DNA of 48,154 nt from Euglena gracilis (lineage: Eukaryota). The notes under the pieces are model-generated. The model did no database searches and was not told the DNA's origin. It saw only the letters and a list, made by a program, of their open reading frames with translations. The position numbers and the translations under genes are program-made. The DNA is taken from NCBI GenBank assembly GCA_039621445.1, contig CP154954.1, forward strand, positions 49,951,847-50,000,000. Direction: 5' to 3'. Each line of letters opens with the position of its first letter. The stretch's first letter is position 1. This document shows positions 35,974 to 48,154 of the stretch, piece by piece.

Positions 35974-36002
35974 CGGGCTGGGGGGCCGGGACCGAAGGGG
36001 GC
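35974..36002 (-). promoter_or_regulatory. Putative trans-splice acceptor, paralog C
   Basis: Minus strand reads ccccttcggtcccggcccccc AG|cccgATG, with the same 4-nt spacing as paralog A. Confidence 0.55.
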
Positions 36003-36899
36003 GGTGGTCATTGGGCTGTGGCGGTGGGCGGAGGGTGGCCCCCCCCAAAGGTCTGTGGGGTTGGTGGGGGGGGAATCGGGTGGGGGGGGAATGCCGTGGG
36101 GAAATTCGGAACGGGCTTTTTTGGGGGCGATTTTCCGTGAAACAACATAGGCAGCACACAGGGGAAAATATTGACCAAACCCGAGATTTTACAAACTCAA
36201 AACTCCAACAACTCCAAACTGGAAAATGGTCAACGCTCATTGCTCAAAGGGATAGCAAGAAATGCCAGCAATGCTTGATAGCTGACCTTCAGCAATTCAT
36301 AATGATTATCACCTGGGAACAGGAAATATTAAAATGACAAAAACCAATCAAAGGGGGGAGGCCAAGCGCCAGAGCAGATAACCCATTTTGTCGCACTTTT
36401 TTATGTTGCCATGTCTTTGGGAATAACACCACCCACCCAAATGCACAAAGAACTAATTTTGGCCCCCTCGGCAGCAGCACGTAGACCAAATAATCCAGGA
36501 TTTTCCCCAGGATGGAAAAAAAACTGCATCTGAACAGCAGAGATACAATGGTGGCGGTGCACAGCGGAAAGGACCAGAGAACAAGGGAAGGACAACCGAA
36601 GAACCACCCAACGAACACGCACACGGTGGAGAGAGGAGAGGGATCGCTGGCACCAGACGTGCCCCTGCTGGGGCAAGACAAGGATGAGGAGGAACCAATC
36701 CCCATGCCGCCGTGTCATACGATGGAAACAAATTGACAAAAATGACTGAATCTGATGTCAGTGTGGAAGATTGAGACAAACGACCGAAAATTGCCAAAAT
36801 TGGTCAAAACCGGCAAAAAAAAATGCCCCCATAACGCCCGAAATGCCACCTGGGAAATGGGGGATAGTCAACCCCCCCACCTCCGCCCACAAGGATTCC

Positions 36900-39800
36900 G
36901 GGCCATCCGTCCAGCCCGGGGGGCAGGGGGCAGCCTGCCTGTGGTGAGCCGGGGGCCAAGGGCCGGCGCGGAGAGTCAGCCTCCGGCCCCGCCCCAACTG
37001 CCGGGGGGAGAGGAGAGGCCAGAGACGTGTCGGAGCTACCCCCCCCCTGTCCCAGACAGGCCGATGTTTGGGGAATGTGCCGTGGAAGGGGGGGGGGGGG
37101 GGGGGTCATGTCCCAACGCCGCTGGACTTCAACGAAAAAATGTAGGCGGTGGTCCGGAACACGGACGGGGGGGTCAATGAAACCACAACCACAACCACAA
37201 CCACAATACCAGGGCAGACCTAGCAATTTTTTTTGCACACATCACAGAGCACAAAAGGAAACAAACCCCACAAGATGACACTCTTCATCCGTGGGCTTCA
37301 TCCCTCCCCCATCCCCGAAGCAAACGCACCGTTCCAAGTCCCCCTTTGAGAGTCCCATTCAAAAAAAAATCTCTGGAGTGAGAACCGGCAGAGAAAGGAG
37401 AGGGAGGGCCTGGGGCCAGGCTTTCTTGGTACAGCAAAATGGACGATGTTGCTGGCGAACGTTGACAGCTTTACAGGCAAGGCACTTTCTCGGGGGGGGG
37501 GGGGGGGCGACTGTCTCCCGGGGGGGGGGGGGGGGGGCTGTCTTGGAAACTATTGGATGGGGGAAAAAAAAAGTCCGCCAGCCTCAGTGCACCCCGACGC
37601 CCTGAGCAAACAAACAACAAAAAGCCTGCACAAGACACAAAAGGGAACCCGCTGTTGTCTGCCACGAGATGAGTACAAAGGGGACGCACAAGAGGGTGTG
37701 CTGAAAGGGACGGACGAGTGGAACTGCAAGCCCCCTCATCTCTGGTTTCCTGGGGTCTCTTTTGAGGGGTGAATGGGGACTCTATGGGGGCTTGGGGGAG
37801 TGCCATGGGGCAGAAGGGATCCAAAAGTTGTGAACGTTGGGCAAATATCCCAGAAAATGCCGAAAGGACCCAAGAACTGGTGACATTCATTTGAGGTCCA
37901 TTTTTGAGTTTTAAAATTTTGCTCGAACGATAAATCACCCCCAAAAAAATCAGCCCCAACTTCTGTTGAGCAACTAATAAAGCGGTGGGGTTTATTATTG
38001 GGGAGGGGTTTGCAACAGGGGCAAATCAGGTGGTTGTACAGCTTCGCCACAGTCACGCGTTTCCGGGACAAATGGTATGACTGGCTTCCCAACCACGAAA
38101 CCAACCTTCCCCCCCCCAAAAGGGGGGGGGGATGTCAAATGTCCGGAATTCATGTAAATAAAATTCATATCTGACCAATTTGGCAAAAAAGACACATCAA
38201 ATCACAATCCAATCCAGCAACGACACAAAGCATCTGGTCGAGCAAAAGAGCCCCAAAAGTGAAAAAGAGGCAATCAATGATCACAAACGTCCGAAATCAA
38301 CATTGAGGGACGCTTCCTGGAGCAGGGGTTTTTTTAAGACTGGGGGGAAGGGGGGGAAGGGGTCGGCACCCACCCACCCCCTGGGGTGGCCCCCCCGGGG
38401 GGAGGGGGGGTCCCGAGGACCCACCCAAAAATGTCCAGAAATGCTAAAAATAGCACCCTTTTTCAAAATTTTCGGCGCCTTTGGCGCCGAAAAAGATATA
38501 CCCAGAGCCCCTAACCCCCCCCCGGGGGGAGGGGGTCCAAGGGACCCACCCATCCTACCCCCCCCCAGGCCCCCCCCCCGGGGGAGGGGGTCCAAGACAA
38601 AAAAAAAGCCCCTGCCCCGGGGTCACTGTCCACTATCAAAAAAAACCAGTCACCCACTTCTTCTTGGGGGAGGGGGTCGGTCACTATGGCCACTCGGGCC
38701 AAAAATGACCTAAGATCAATGAAATGACCTAAATCAATGACCTAAAATCAATAAATCCATTAAAAAAAAATGACCTAAAATCAATTTTGGGCAAAAAAAC
38801 CTGAAACATTTTCGGCGCTGGGTGGCCCACTTTTGGTCGACGTTGGCCAACCCAACCCCCGGAGGGGGGGGGGTTCAGAGCCATCACCAGTTAGCCGCTC
38901 TGAAAAAAAAAACCACTCAGTCCTCAGAGGGGGGGGGGCATGCCTGAAACAATGGTCTGTTGCTGATCCAATGTGGTAGTACTCACAATTCCACACTTTT
39001 CTTGCTGACTGATATACGCATTTTAAACCCACTTTTGAGTTACCAGCAAAACCTCCATGTACAACTTCTTTCCTTGTATCAGGTGCAGGGTGAAAAACAA
39101 TAAACCGGTTGGTCCCTTCGACTTAGGCTGCACCTCCCCCCCTCAGAGAGGGCAGAAGAAGGAAAGGGAGGACGCAACGGATGAGTTGAAGCGATTGTTT
39201 TCGGGACACCGTGAAGAGGGCAAACGAGTTGAGGAAAGCTTTCTTTTGAAAAGACATTGCTGGTGACTTACATCTGATAACAATGGCGGGGTGGGGCTGG
39301 GAGAAGCTGCGCCACTGCCGCCGGGGTGGGCTCGTGAGCAGAGAACGCAGCGGGAGTGGGGGTTGGCAGTCCTGGCAAGGCGTTGGGTGAGGCGCCGGAG
39401 CCTCTGGAGGCCGCAGGAGGGCGGAGGGGGGTTGGTGGCCCACAGACCCAGTGTGACATTGGCTGTACGCCATACTGGCCACCAGAGCGAGCCCGGCTCG
39501 GGCAGGCACCTTGGGGCTCTGCGGGATAAGCGCTGAAGTGTCCACCAGGTGCAAAATTAGTTTCAGTGGCAAATTAACGGACAATGAACAGCAGGACAAG
39601 AAAGCCAGATCAAGAACCTGGGAGGGTTGTGAACACAATAGGAAAGGAGATATTTGGGTTTGCAAAAAATTTGTTCAGAGTTATATTTCCAGAATATATA
39701 TATATATATATATATAATTTTATATTTCATCTGCAGGAGACTTCAAATATTCAGCTCCTTCGGGATCCGATCTTCATTTTCAAAATTCATGGATGTTTTG

Positions 39801-42800
39801 ATTGTCATCACATGATTCCCCAACAAAAAAAATTCCAAATACAAAAAAAATGCATTATTTTTGTAATTTAAGGAAAACTTTTGGCGTCACGGAAAAATCA
39901 GGTTCCAAAGCGAAATCTTTGTAAGTTAGAATTGTTTTCAGCAGAACTCAAGGGAAAATCCCCCCAAAAAATTGCCAAAATGGCCCAAATTGCCAAAATT
40001 TTGCCGAAATTGGGAGAAAAGATAAAAAGATCCAATGTTCCATAAAAAATTGCAACTTGACCTTGGATTCCATTTCTTCTTTGAAATTTTCATAAGATCG
40101 GCAGAAACTGAATTCTGGTTATTCCGGTTTATCCGGTTTACTCCGGTTTTTGCTACCCTGGTTCATTATTTATCATTTATAATTAAATTTATTATTTATT
40201 TCCGGTTTATCTGGTTTATATCTCCCCCTCCCTGCAGTTTGACGTGGCAGATCTAACCCAAAACACATCAGGGCTTGTCAATGATATGAACTGCAATAGA
40301 ACCATGTTGTTTGCAAAAATTTCAACCTTGGACAAATGGGCGGCTTAGACAGCGTGACCTTGATGACCAACCCCACGTGGTGTAGGTGTGGCTTACACTG
40401 GTTCACAGTTGCATCATACATTTTTCTGTAATGCAAGAAAATGCTTTCCATCATGGAGCTTTTTGCACTGTTCTTCAGACCATCAGGGGACGGAGGGGGA
40501 ACTCGGGGGTCCAGGGGACCGAGCTGTGGGGGTTTTGGGAACCAAAAAATAAGGGGGTTGGAACCGAAATTAGAGGAACTCTGCCTCTGGGGTTACCATG
40601 CCTCCCACTCCTTGGGGGGCAGGTGGGGGTTTCGGCTTGAGAATCCACCCAGCCCCCCCCCCCCCGGTCACCAACCGTTTAAAAAAAAAAACAGGGGAGG
40701 TGAGGTGCCAGCCCTCGGCAGGTCCGCAGCAGGGACGTCACTGAAAGCCGTCGTCGAAGGGACAGAGGCAGACACAGGTCTCGGGGGAGAGGGGAGGCAA
40801 GGACCGGGACGTGGGGCATACAGACCGCGATGCCACCGCCGGCAGCCCCTCCCTTGCCAGCCAGGGCCGTGGGCATCGGGGGGGGGGGGGGGGATTCGCT
40901 CCACAATGGGGGGGGATGATGCGCTGTACCAGACCACACAAAAAAACGCGCAAAAATAAGCGCTAAATGTGCGCTAAATATGCGCTAAATGTGCGCTAAA
41001 AATGGGCTAAATATGCGCCACAAATAAGCAGAAAGTATGCATTTTTTTTCAACACTGAGCCACGTTCAGGTGGTTGCCTGGCAAATCATTTCAGGTCACT
41101 TTGAGCAGTTTTTGGGGCCATTTCAGCCCATGATCCACCAGAATCAGCCGTTTTCAGACCAGAAATGATTTCTTAACTGTTGTAACGACCTTGGAAAACC
41201 TTACAATGCCTCAAAGGGAAAATTTCCTCAAAATGCCTGAATGCCTTTAAATGCCTTGAAAGATTCAGAGTGGTACAATTTTCAAATCGAGTAGAAATGA
41301 AATCACAAAATCTCCACAAAAACAATCCAACTCCGAGAAACAGAAAAATTGATTGAATGTTTGGCATCCTTGGAACATTTTCTGTCAACAAAACCTAAAA
41401 AAAAACATCGTTTCTTTTGTCTTTTTTGATTGGCCCAAAAGCAAAGGCATTGGTTCAATGCCCAAATCATCCTCAGACAAGACTTGGAAACAAAAAATGG
41501 TTTAGGAAGCCTTAAAAAGCCAATAAGAGCCAAAAAAAATGCCTCAAAATGCCTTCAGTTATTTTTAATTAAATTCGGTTTTGAAAATAATGACTGGTTC
41601 TGTTAGGATTAAATTAGGACGTTTCTGTGATGGAAAATGGCCCAAATGACCAAAAGAAAGGCACCCTTCGGGAAGGGAGAAGGAAAGGAACGGCCTGCCT
41701 GCCAACGGTCATGCCAGAACGAAGGTGACCCGCTTCGCCTCCACCGTCGGAGGTCGCGGGCCAGCGAGGGCGGACTTGGGACTCTCCGCCAGAGGGGAGG
41801 CCAGAGCCAACTTGAACCTGAACCAAAAAAGGCGCAAAACATTCTGCTGGAGTACGAAAAAACTGGCTCTATAAAAAGGGTTGGGGATTCAGGGACTCGG
41901 CACTTTGTCCCATGAAAACCAGAAGCGGGAACAACAAAATGGAGAATGATCAGCGACTGCAGAGAAAAAACCAGCAGTTTCAAGTAAAAAAAATTTCAAG
42001 CTGGATCATATCCAAGGGGGAGAGGGGCAGACCAGGACGGGTTGGACGTCGGGGTGGGGTTTAGGTGTGGCTTGGGGGGGGGGGGTAGCACAGGAGGCCA
42101 GGGCTCACCCCCACCATTTCTGAAGAACACATTTGGGCGTTGGCTAAAGCCCAAAGGGCGGAAGAAAGGCATATCTGGCTCACACCAGGCCACGATCCAC
42201 CAGTTGTTTTGTCTTTTGCAAGAGAATTCAACCCTCCTGGGGTGAAAGGGTGCATACATCAGGGGTGTCTGGCCTCGGGATGGCGCAGGTCACTGGAGAC
42301 AAATGAGAATTTTGCGGTCTTTTCCGTTGCTTCCTGGCATTTTTGTGGAAATCCGCAACCACAAAGAATGTTTTTTGCTTCCTTTTACATTGCCTACAAC
42401 TTTCCATTGCCTAGAACCATAATCCGTAGTTGTCGTGGGTGGGTTGCGGTGCTCACACCGTGGCAAAAAAAATATCTGCTGCAGTGGTCGCCACAAAAAG
42501 AAATTTTTTGCTACCAGTGGACAAAGTAAAAATTTGATTGCATTGTAGCAATCAACAAACATTCTGTTGCCACGGTAGAACTTTGAGACAATTGCCCATT
42601 TCGAAAAATCCAGCTTTCCCTTTCTTTGGGACCCACTTTTGGACCCCTTGGGAGGTTCAGCAACAGACCTGAAAAAGTAGGCCCAGATTCCGATTTGGGG
42701 GCACCAGCGGGAGGGGGAAACCCATCTCTGCCCTCTGGGCAGGGCCAGAGGGGACCAGGCACGGGACACATCGCCACCCTTGCGGTCATTACCGGGCACC

Positions 42801-43650
42801 GCGGCACAGTCGCCGGCCAACAGAGGGATGGCTGGGGTTGGGGACTGGGGGGTGCCGACCAAGGATAGATATTGATAGTGATATTGGTTCTAGAAAGCCC
42901 CGAAAACTTTGGATGGATTGACACCCCGATATCCTCAATAAAACTCGATAAAACCGATATGTCATTTTGATATCCCAATTTTGCGATTTGGAGAATCCCA
43001 AAATCGCCCAAAAAAAGAACAAAAAAGTACGTCACCCCCCCCCCCAATAAAGCCAACATTTCATGATATTTTTTTCGGGACTGGGGTGGAAAAAAAAGAT
43101 GCTGGCTGGCTGGACGCCCCCGGGGGTAGGGTGGGGTCCGGCTTAAGAAATTCCCTGTTGGAGGGGGCCTGATACTTGGGGGGGGGGGGGCTTTAGATTT
43201 GGGGGGGTTCAGAAATGAAACAAGGCCTGTGGACGGGAGCCAGAGCCAAAGGCCTCTCAAACACAAACTTCCTGTACTCACATCGCAACGCCATGCCACT
43301 GCCCTTTGGACGCAACACTGGCCGGGAAGGACCGGCCCCCCGCAGCGCGACGGGCAGGGCCGGCCCGCCTTGGGTGGCCGCACGGACACGAAGCCCCGCA
43401 CCAGCGGGCCGGCGGGCGGGGCGGGCTCGGGGCCCCGCTGGGCGGCGCGGTGCGGCCAGGCCAGCGTGGCGTGCCACCCCCGCCATATGTGGACGCGCGC
43501 ACACACACGCGCGCACACAGAGAGAGGGGGAGGGGGGGGGGGGCATGGGGCAAGGGCCTGGGTAGGCCACGGGCTTCCTGGGGGACGGCGCCGTTGGTGA
43601 AGAGGGAGAGGCCGGACTGCTGGCCAGAGGGTTCACTGGGGGCAACCCCC
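36900..43650 (-). CDS. Probable further Pro/Ser/Ala-rich exons of the upstream gene (junctions unresolved)
   Basis: GC-rich open islands at ~43560-43650, 43320-43490, 42730-42820, 41690-41810, 40700-40880, 39280-39545 and 36900-37030 sit among AT-rich repeat DNA, the same pattern as the CCCH exons. Reading frame was not established. Confidence 0.3.
38323..38614. mobile_element. Probable older CAG...CTG MITE
   Basis: Ends caggggttttttt / aaaaaaagcccctg. Flanks tcctggag / ccccgggg match only 5/8. Confidence 0.5.
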
Positions 43651-43758
43651 TACAACAGGGTCGGAGACCCACTGCGATGGAAAGGAGAGCACTTTGGGAC
43701 AGACAGCCAGGCGGCACGTGTACATGCGTGTGCGAGAGGAGAACGTTTTTTTAGATTA

Positions 43759-44036
<278 letters not shown>

Positions 44037-44077
44037 ATCTGTGAATCTGTTGACGGACAGGAGAGGATTGTTCGTAC

Positions 44078-47000
44078 CCCGGGGGAGCCGCTCCGAGGCC
44101 TGGTACCCGCTGGCCACCAAGGCATACGCCCCGGCCACCCCCGGCACACACGCCGCGTCCGCCACTCGACTTCGGGGGGCAGCCCGGGGTTTGTCCGCTG
44201 GCCGGCCGGCTTTCCCCAGCCGCGTGGCTGATATCTGTGGCGGGCGAGACCCCAAGTCTGGGAAGATCTGGCGCAGGGGGTTTGGTGAAACGTTGCCGGC
44301 CGATGGTAAAGGGCTTTTTTGCGAGAAGAACGTCAAGAAAGGACCAGTGGGGACTTAGAATAGGTGCACGTGACGGGACCATGTTAAGAACGTTACGGGA
44401 CCCCGTCAAACAGGACACAAGACCACGTCACACACAACAGTACCTAACCCTAACCCAACCTAACCCTAACCCTAACCTGACAATTGCACAGGGGAACTTT
44501 TATTGTCCAAAACAAAAACTGAGACATTTTTAAGGGGTAAACAATAACATTCCAACCCTCCCCAGATTGAGCTCCATCCGCTCACTCTGAAAACTAAATT
44601 GAGCCATCCGGGAGTCACCAACTGTGGCAAGGACTTCATGGCAAAGACAATTGCCAGGATATAACATGACTCACCTCGAATCGGACTGGGGATGCTGCTT
44701 GAATGATGGGCAGGCCGTCAGACAACGACAACAGAGGGGCGGAACAGATACGCCAGGAACAGATACGCCTGACCACATTGGCAATCAAACTGTCGTTTGG
44801 AGGAGAATAGGTGCATGTCAGTGAAAACACACCCGAGTGCGGGTCGGTACCTTCCGGGGGCTGCGGCCATGCAAATACCCCTGCAAAGATGGGGGTTAGG
44901 CTGGATTCCCGCTCACACAATCCCCACAGGCCGGGGGTAGCTTTGCTCCCCCTTAGTGGATTGGGGTCAATCCAATCCAATCCAATCCCTTGGTGGGAAT
45001 GGGGTTGTACCATGGCAAGAGCAGAGGGGGATGGGGCAAGCAGGTGGGGGCGGGGTGTACCTGCATGGCCGACCACTCCTTGTCCTCGAGCGTCACAAGC
45101 CGGGTCCGGCGCTTCACCTCCAGCACCAGCAGCGTCGCCTCCATCTCCTGCAGCATCAGGTCGAAGTTGCGGCGGAACTGCAGCTTGCCCAGCGCCATGC
45201 GCTGCGCGGAGGCGGGGGGGGGGGGGGGGGGGGGGTTGGGGACGGACGGTCACGGTGGCGATTGGGCGGCAAATGACTGGCATTGGATGGTCACTCTCCC
45301 TGGGAGGAGAGCCCTGCCCCCCAATATGTTGTTCCGCATGGCCGCTTTGGCACCCCATCAGCTATCGGGGGGGGGGGGGGGGCTGGACAGGAAAGTCTGG
45401 GTGAGGGGAGTCAGAGACCCTACCCAACGTGGACAGTGTAAGGGAAATTCCTTCGGCGCTGAATGAGTCCAAAAGAATTTCGGGATGAATTAATTGTTGG
45501 GAAAATGGGCACCCTAGAGTTGTACGAAGGGCGGGGGTCGATCCTTCCCCCTACCGGCAATAACACCCATCCCTTCCTGGGGCAGAAATTGCCCAGTTTG
45601 GCACTCAACCTGGAAAACCTGCCAAACCGGTTTAAACGTTAGGTGGGGCCCCTGGTTCACTCCCGCAACATATAAACCCACAATTTAGGCCACCACTCGT
45701 CCGACCAAAAATCGACCTACAACCCACATAAGAGAGAAAAACGACGAAGAAAATAAGGGCGAAATGTGCCAGGAAATTGCCAGTGCCGTAAAGCAGGTGT
45801 AATGTGGTCGTGGTGTGGTGTAAATGTGTAACCTCCCCGGAACGCTTGGCCCAGGCCATGACTGAAGGGAAGGCCTGAGCACAAACCTCAGCGGGGAAAG
45901 TTTGCATGTTAAGATTTTGGCGGGTCATGCACAAATGAGGCCAAAAGTCCAAAGGGAGGCCAAGATCACAAGTTTAGGCCGAGGCCAACTTTGTGGTGGC
46001 CAAGTTTGCACTTGGGGTGGCACATATATTAAGGCACTGCGCACAATTAAGGAACTGCGCATTTATTGGGGGGGGGGGGTTAATTGAACCGAGCTTGGGG
46101 GTTCAAGCCAGGAGGGTAAAAAAAAAACCGACCTTGGGGCGCATTTTGGAAGCTCTATTTCGAGGTGTAAATTAGGAATCACCACCATATCTGAACCAGC
46201 GAATGGCGGGAATCGGAACGCTTGCATATTTTCTTTCTCCAAAAATTTATGAACACTTCAACTTTTCCAAGAAATCCCTCCCCTGTACCTCATTGGTCTG
46301 CAGCTGCACAAACTCCTCCTCTGCCTCGGCCATGATGCTGCCTCGCTCCGTGCCAGGCGACCCTCAAGCAAAGGCAATTGCGGCTAAATTGAGGTGGATC
46401 AGAGCCCAATTTGGCCGAGAGGACAAATTGGATGACCAACAGGACAGGATGACAGAAAACGGACGGAATATTGGACCGACCAGGGCGCAAATTTTCGGGA
46501 GAATTTAAAAGACAATTTTTATTCCAAATGTCTTGTTTCACTTTAGCAAAGGAAAAAAGAAAAAAGGTCCGCACCAAGACATTCAAAACGCATCGAAAAG
46601 AAGCAAGGAATGTGGTCCAACATTGAGATTTGCACTGTGTCTATTCTATTGAAGGCAGGGCTTGTCAGGGCCGAAGAGTGCCTGAGTGCGGGTCTGCACG
46701 GCACGAAGCACATCCATCATATCCTGCCGGCAGGCGCCCGCATTGCGGCACTTGCGACGCGGTGACCCACACAACAGGTGCGGCCAAACTTTGGGGGGGG
46801 GGGGCTAAGTTTTTTGTGTGTAAGGCGGAGAGGGGACCAAGCGCCGGTGGGGGGGGGGGGGGGCATGAGAGCGGGAGAAAAAGAAGCGAGCGTGGGGTGA
46901 TGCCAGGCAGTTGGGGAGAGGGGCCACACGGCAAGGGCCTGCCCGCCACATACCCTCGTACTGCAGCGTCCGCCGGATTTGGTTCGCGCTGAGGTCCTGC

Positions 47001-47996
47001 AATGACAGGGTATGGAGGTGGTCAGTCAATGGAATTGGGTGTCAAGATCTGGGTCTTGGGGCTCTCTTGCAAAAGAGCTGTACCCTGAGATGCTCCTCTC
47101 ACCTTTGCCGGACCATCGGCAAACTTCGGTATCCTCACAATACTTGGGGAATAACTTCCCCGGCACACATATTGTTCCACCACCAAAAAAATATATGCAT
47201 CATGTTTCAACCCGAAAAAAACATTTGGCGGAGATCTACCACATCTACTTCTGAATTTAGAAAAAATGAACATCAGAAATAGTAAACTCACCCCTGCAGA
47301 AAGCACACAGTTACAAGGTTTTGCAGATAGTCCCAGCAACTTTTCACCAATGCGACCTTGTCTTTTGATGTGTTCCAGGTAGGGTCATTTGAAAGTCCAC
47401 CCAAACATTTTTTTGGAACTCTCACCCACATCCAGGCTTCCGGGGGAGGGGGGTGCTATGGCTATGGGTTCCTGCTATGGGCCAGCCCATAGCAGGAACA
47501 CCCCCCAGGGGAGGAGGGGTTCAGTTTGGACCTGGGTGCCTGTCGACCGAGCCAATTTCACTTGAAAATGGTCATTTTTGGGCCCCAGCACCTTTGGTGC
47601 ACAGGGTGTGCTAGAGCAAGAGCACGACCCCCCCCCCAATTCTTGACCCCCACCCCCCCCCCCAGATCAAAAGTTCCCAACCTGCCTGCCTGCCCATAGC
47701 ACCCCCCTGGCCTGCGCACAACTCTCCGGGGGGGGGGGGTCCAAAAGAACACAGACGCAAACACCCACCCACCCACCCACCCAGGGGTGGGGAGGGGTGC
47801 AGGAGGTCCAAACCCACCCACCTTCGTGGAAACCCTCCCCCCCCCACCCTTGGGGTGGATTCGCACAAAAGTGAACGGATTTATAGGATGGTCCCACCCT
47901 CACCCGGCACACCAGCCACTCCAGCTGGTCCAGCAGGTGTTGCCGGTCTGAGCGCTCCTCCGCGCTGACCCTGTCCCCAGGGCCGTGCGGGACGGC
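44078..47996 (-). CDS. Partial multi-exon gene, unknown charged alpha-helical/coiled-coil protein (5' end probably outside the window)
   Basis: GC-rich exon islands: 47904-47996 (AVPHGPGDRVSAEERSDRQHLLDQLEWLVCR; preceded by C-run+CAG, followed by GTGAGG), ~46945-46996 (DLSANQIRRTLQYEG; preceded by TTGCAG), 46289-~46352 (ERGSIMAEAEEEFVQLQTNE), 45061-~45207 (AQRMALGKLQFRRNFDLMLQEMEATLLVLEVKRRTRLVTLEDKEWSAMQ; followed by GTACAC). Tentative exons at 44851-44880 and 44078-44234. Recurring E-x-x-x-R pattern; no family recognised. Confidence 0.6.
44443..44477. repeat. Short interstitial telomere-like (CCCTAA)n
   Basis: cctaaccctaacccaacctaaccctaaccctaacc; similar ttaggg patches at ~12277-12297 and ~17192-17216. 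Confidence 0.6.
46997..47903 (-). other. Conventional GT-AG spliceosomal intron
   Basis: CGG|GTGAGG...CATTGCAG|GAC, phase 0, joining two open exons in frame. Confidence 0.65.
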
Positions 47997-48154
47997 CTGG
48001 GGGGGGGGGGGGCGACCACCACAGCACCGCTGAGGGAAACAATCATTCGGTGGGGAAAGCAAAATTTGGCCCAGAAAACCGGCACCAGAAAGGCGGGAAG
48101 GCCTGGCGGGGGGGTCAGACCCCCCGCCCCACAGGGTTTCAGGGATTCCCCCAC

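Overview
Eukaryotic nuclear DNA, very probably from a euglenid (Euglena or a relative). This is inferred from non-GT-AG introns with the euglenid geometry exon|NNN-CDG...CHG-NNNNN|exon and base-paired ends, and from AG acceptors just upstream of the start codons, as expected for spliced-leader trans-splicing. The minus strand carries three tandem paralogous genes (A 2333-11044, B 17678-24297, C 29445-35973). Each encodes an approximately 290-aa protein with two CCCH zinc fingers (the first Muscleblind-like), a Pro-rich middle and a conserved C-terminal PLLD(L/M)LR(S/A)LN motif. Part of a fourth, unrelated multi-exon gene lies upstream (about 36.9-48 kb) and has mostly GT-AG introns. Introns and spacers are full of short terminal-inverted-repeat (TIR) elements, some nested. 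Main observation: because the paralogs supply the empty sites, three copy-specific nonconventional introns can be read as TIR elements with 8-bp target-site duplications (TSDs). The euglenid intron geometry (3 nt before the 5' stem, 5 nt after the 3' stem) removes exactly the element plus one TSD copy. All exon structures were derived by hand from paralog comparison, without transcript data.
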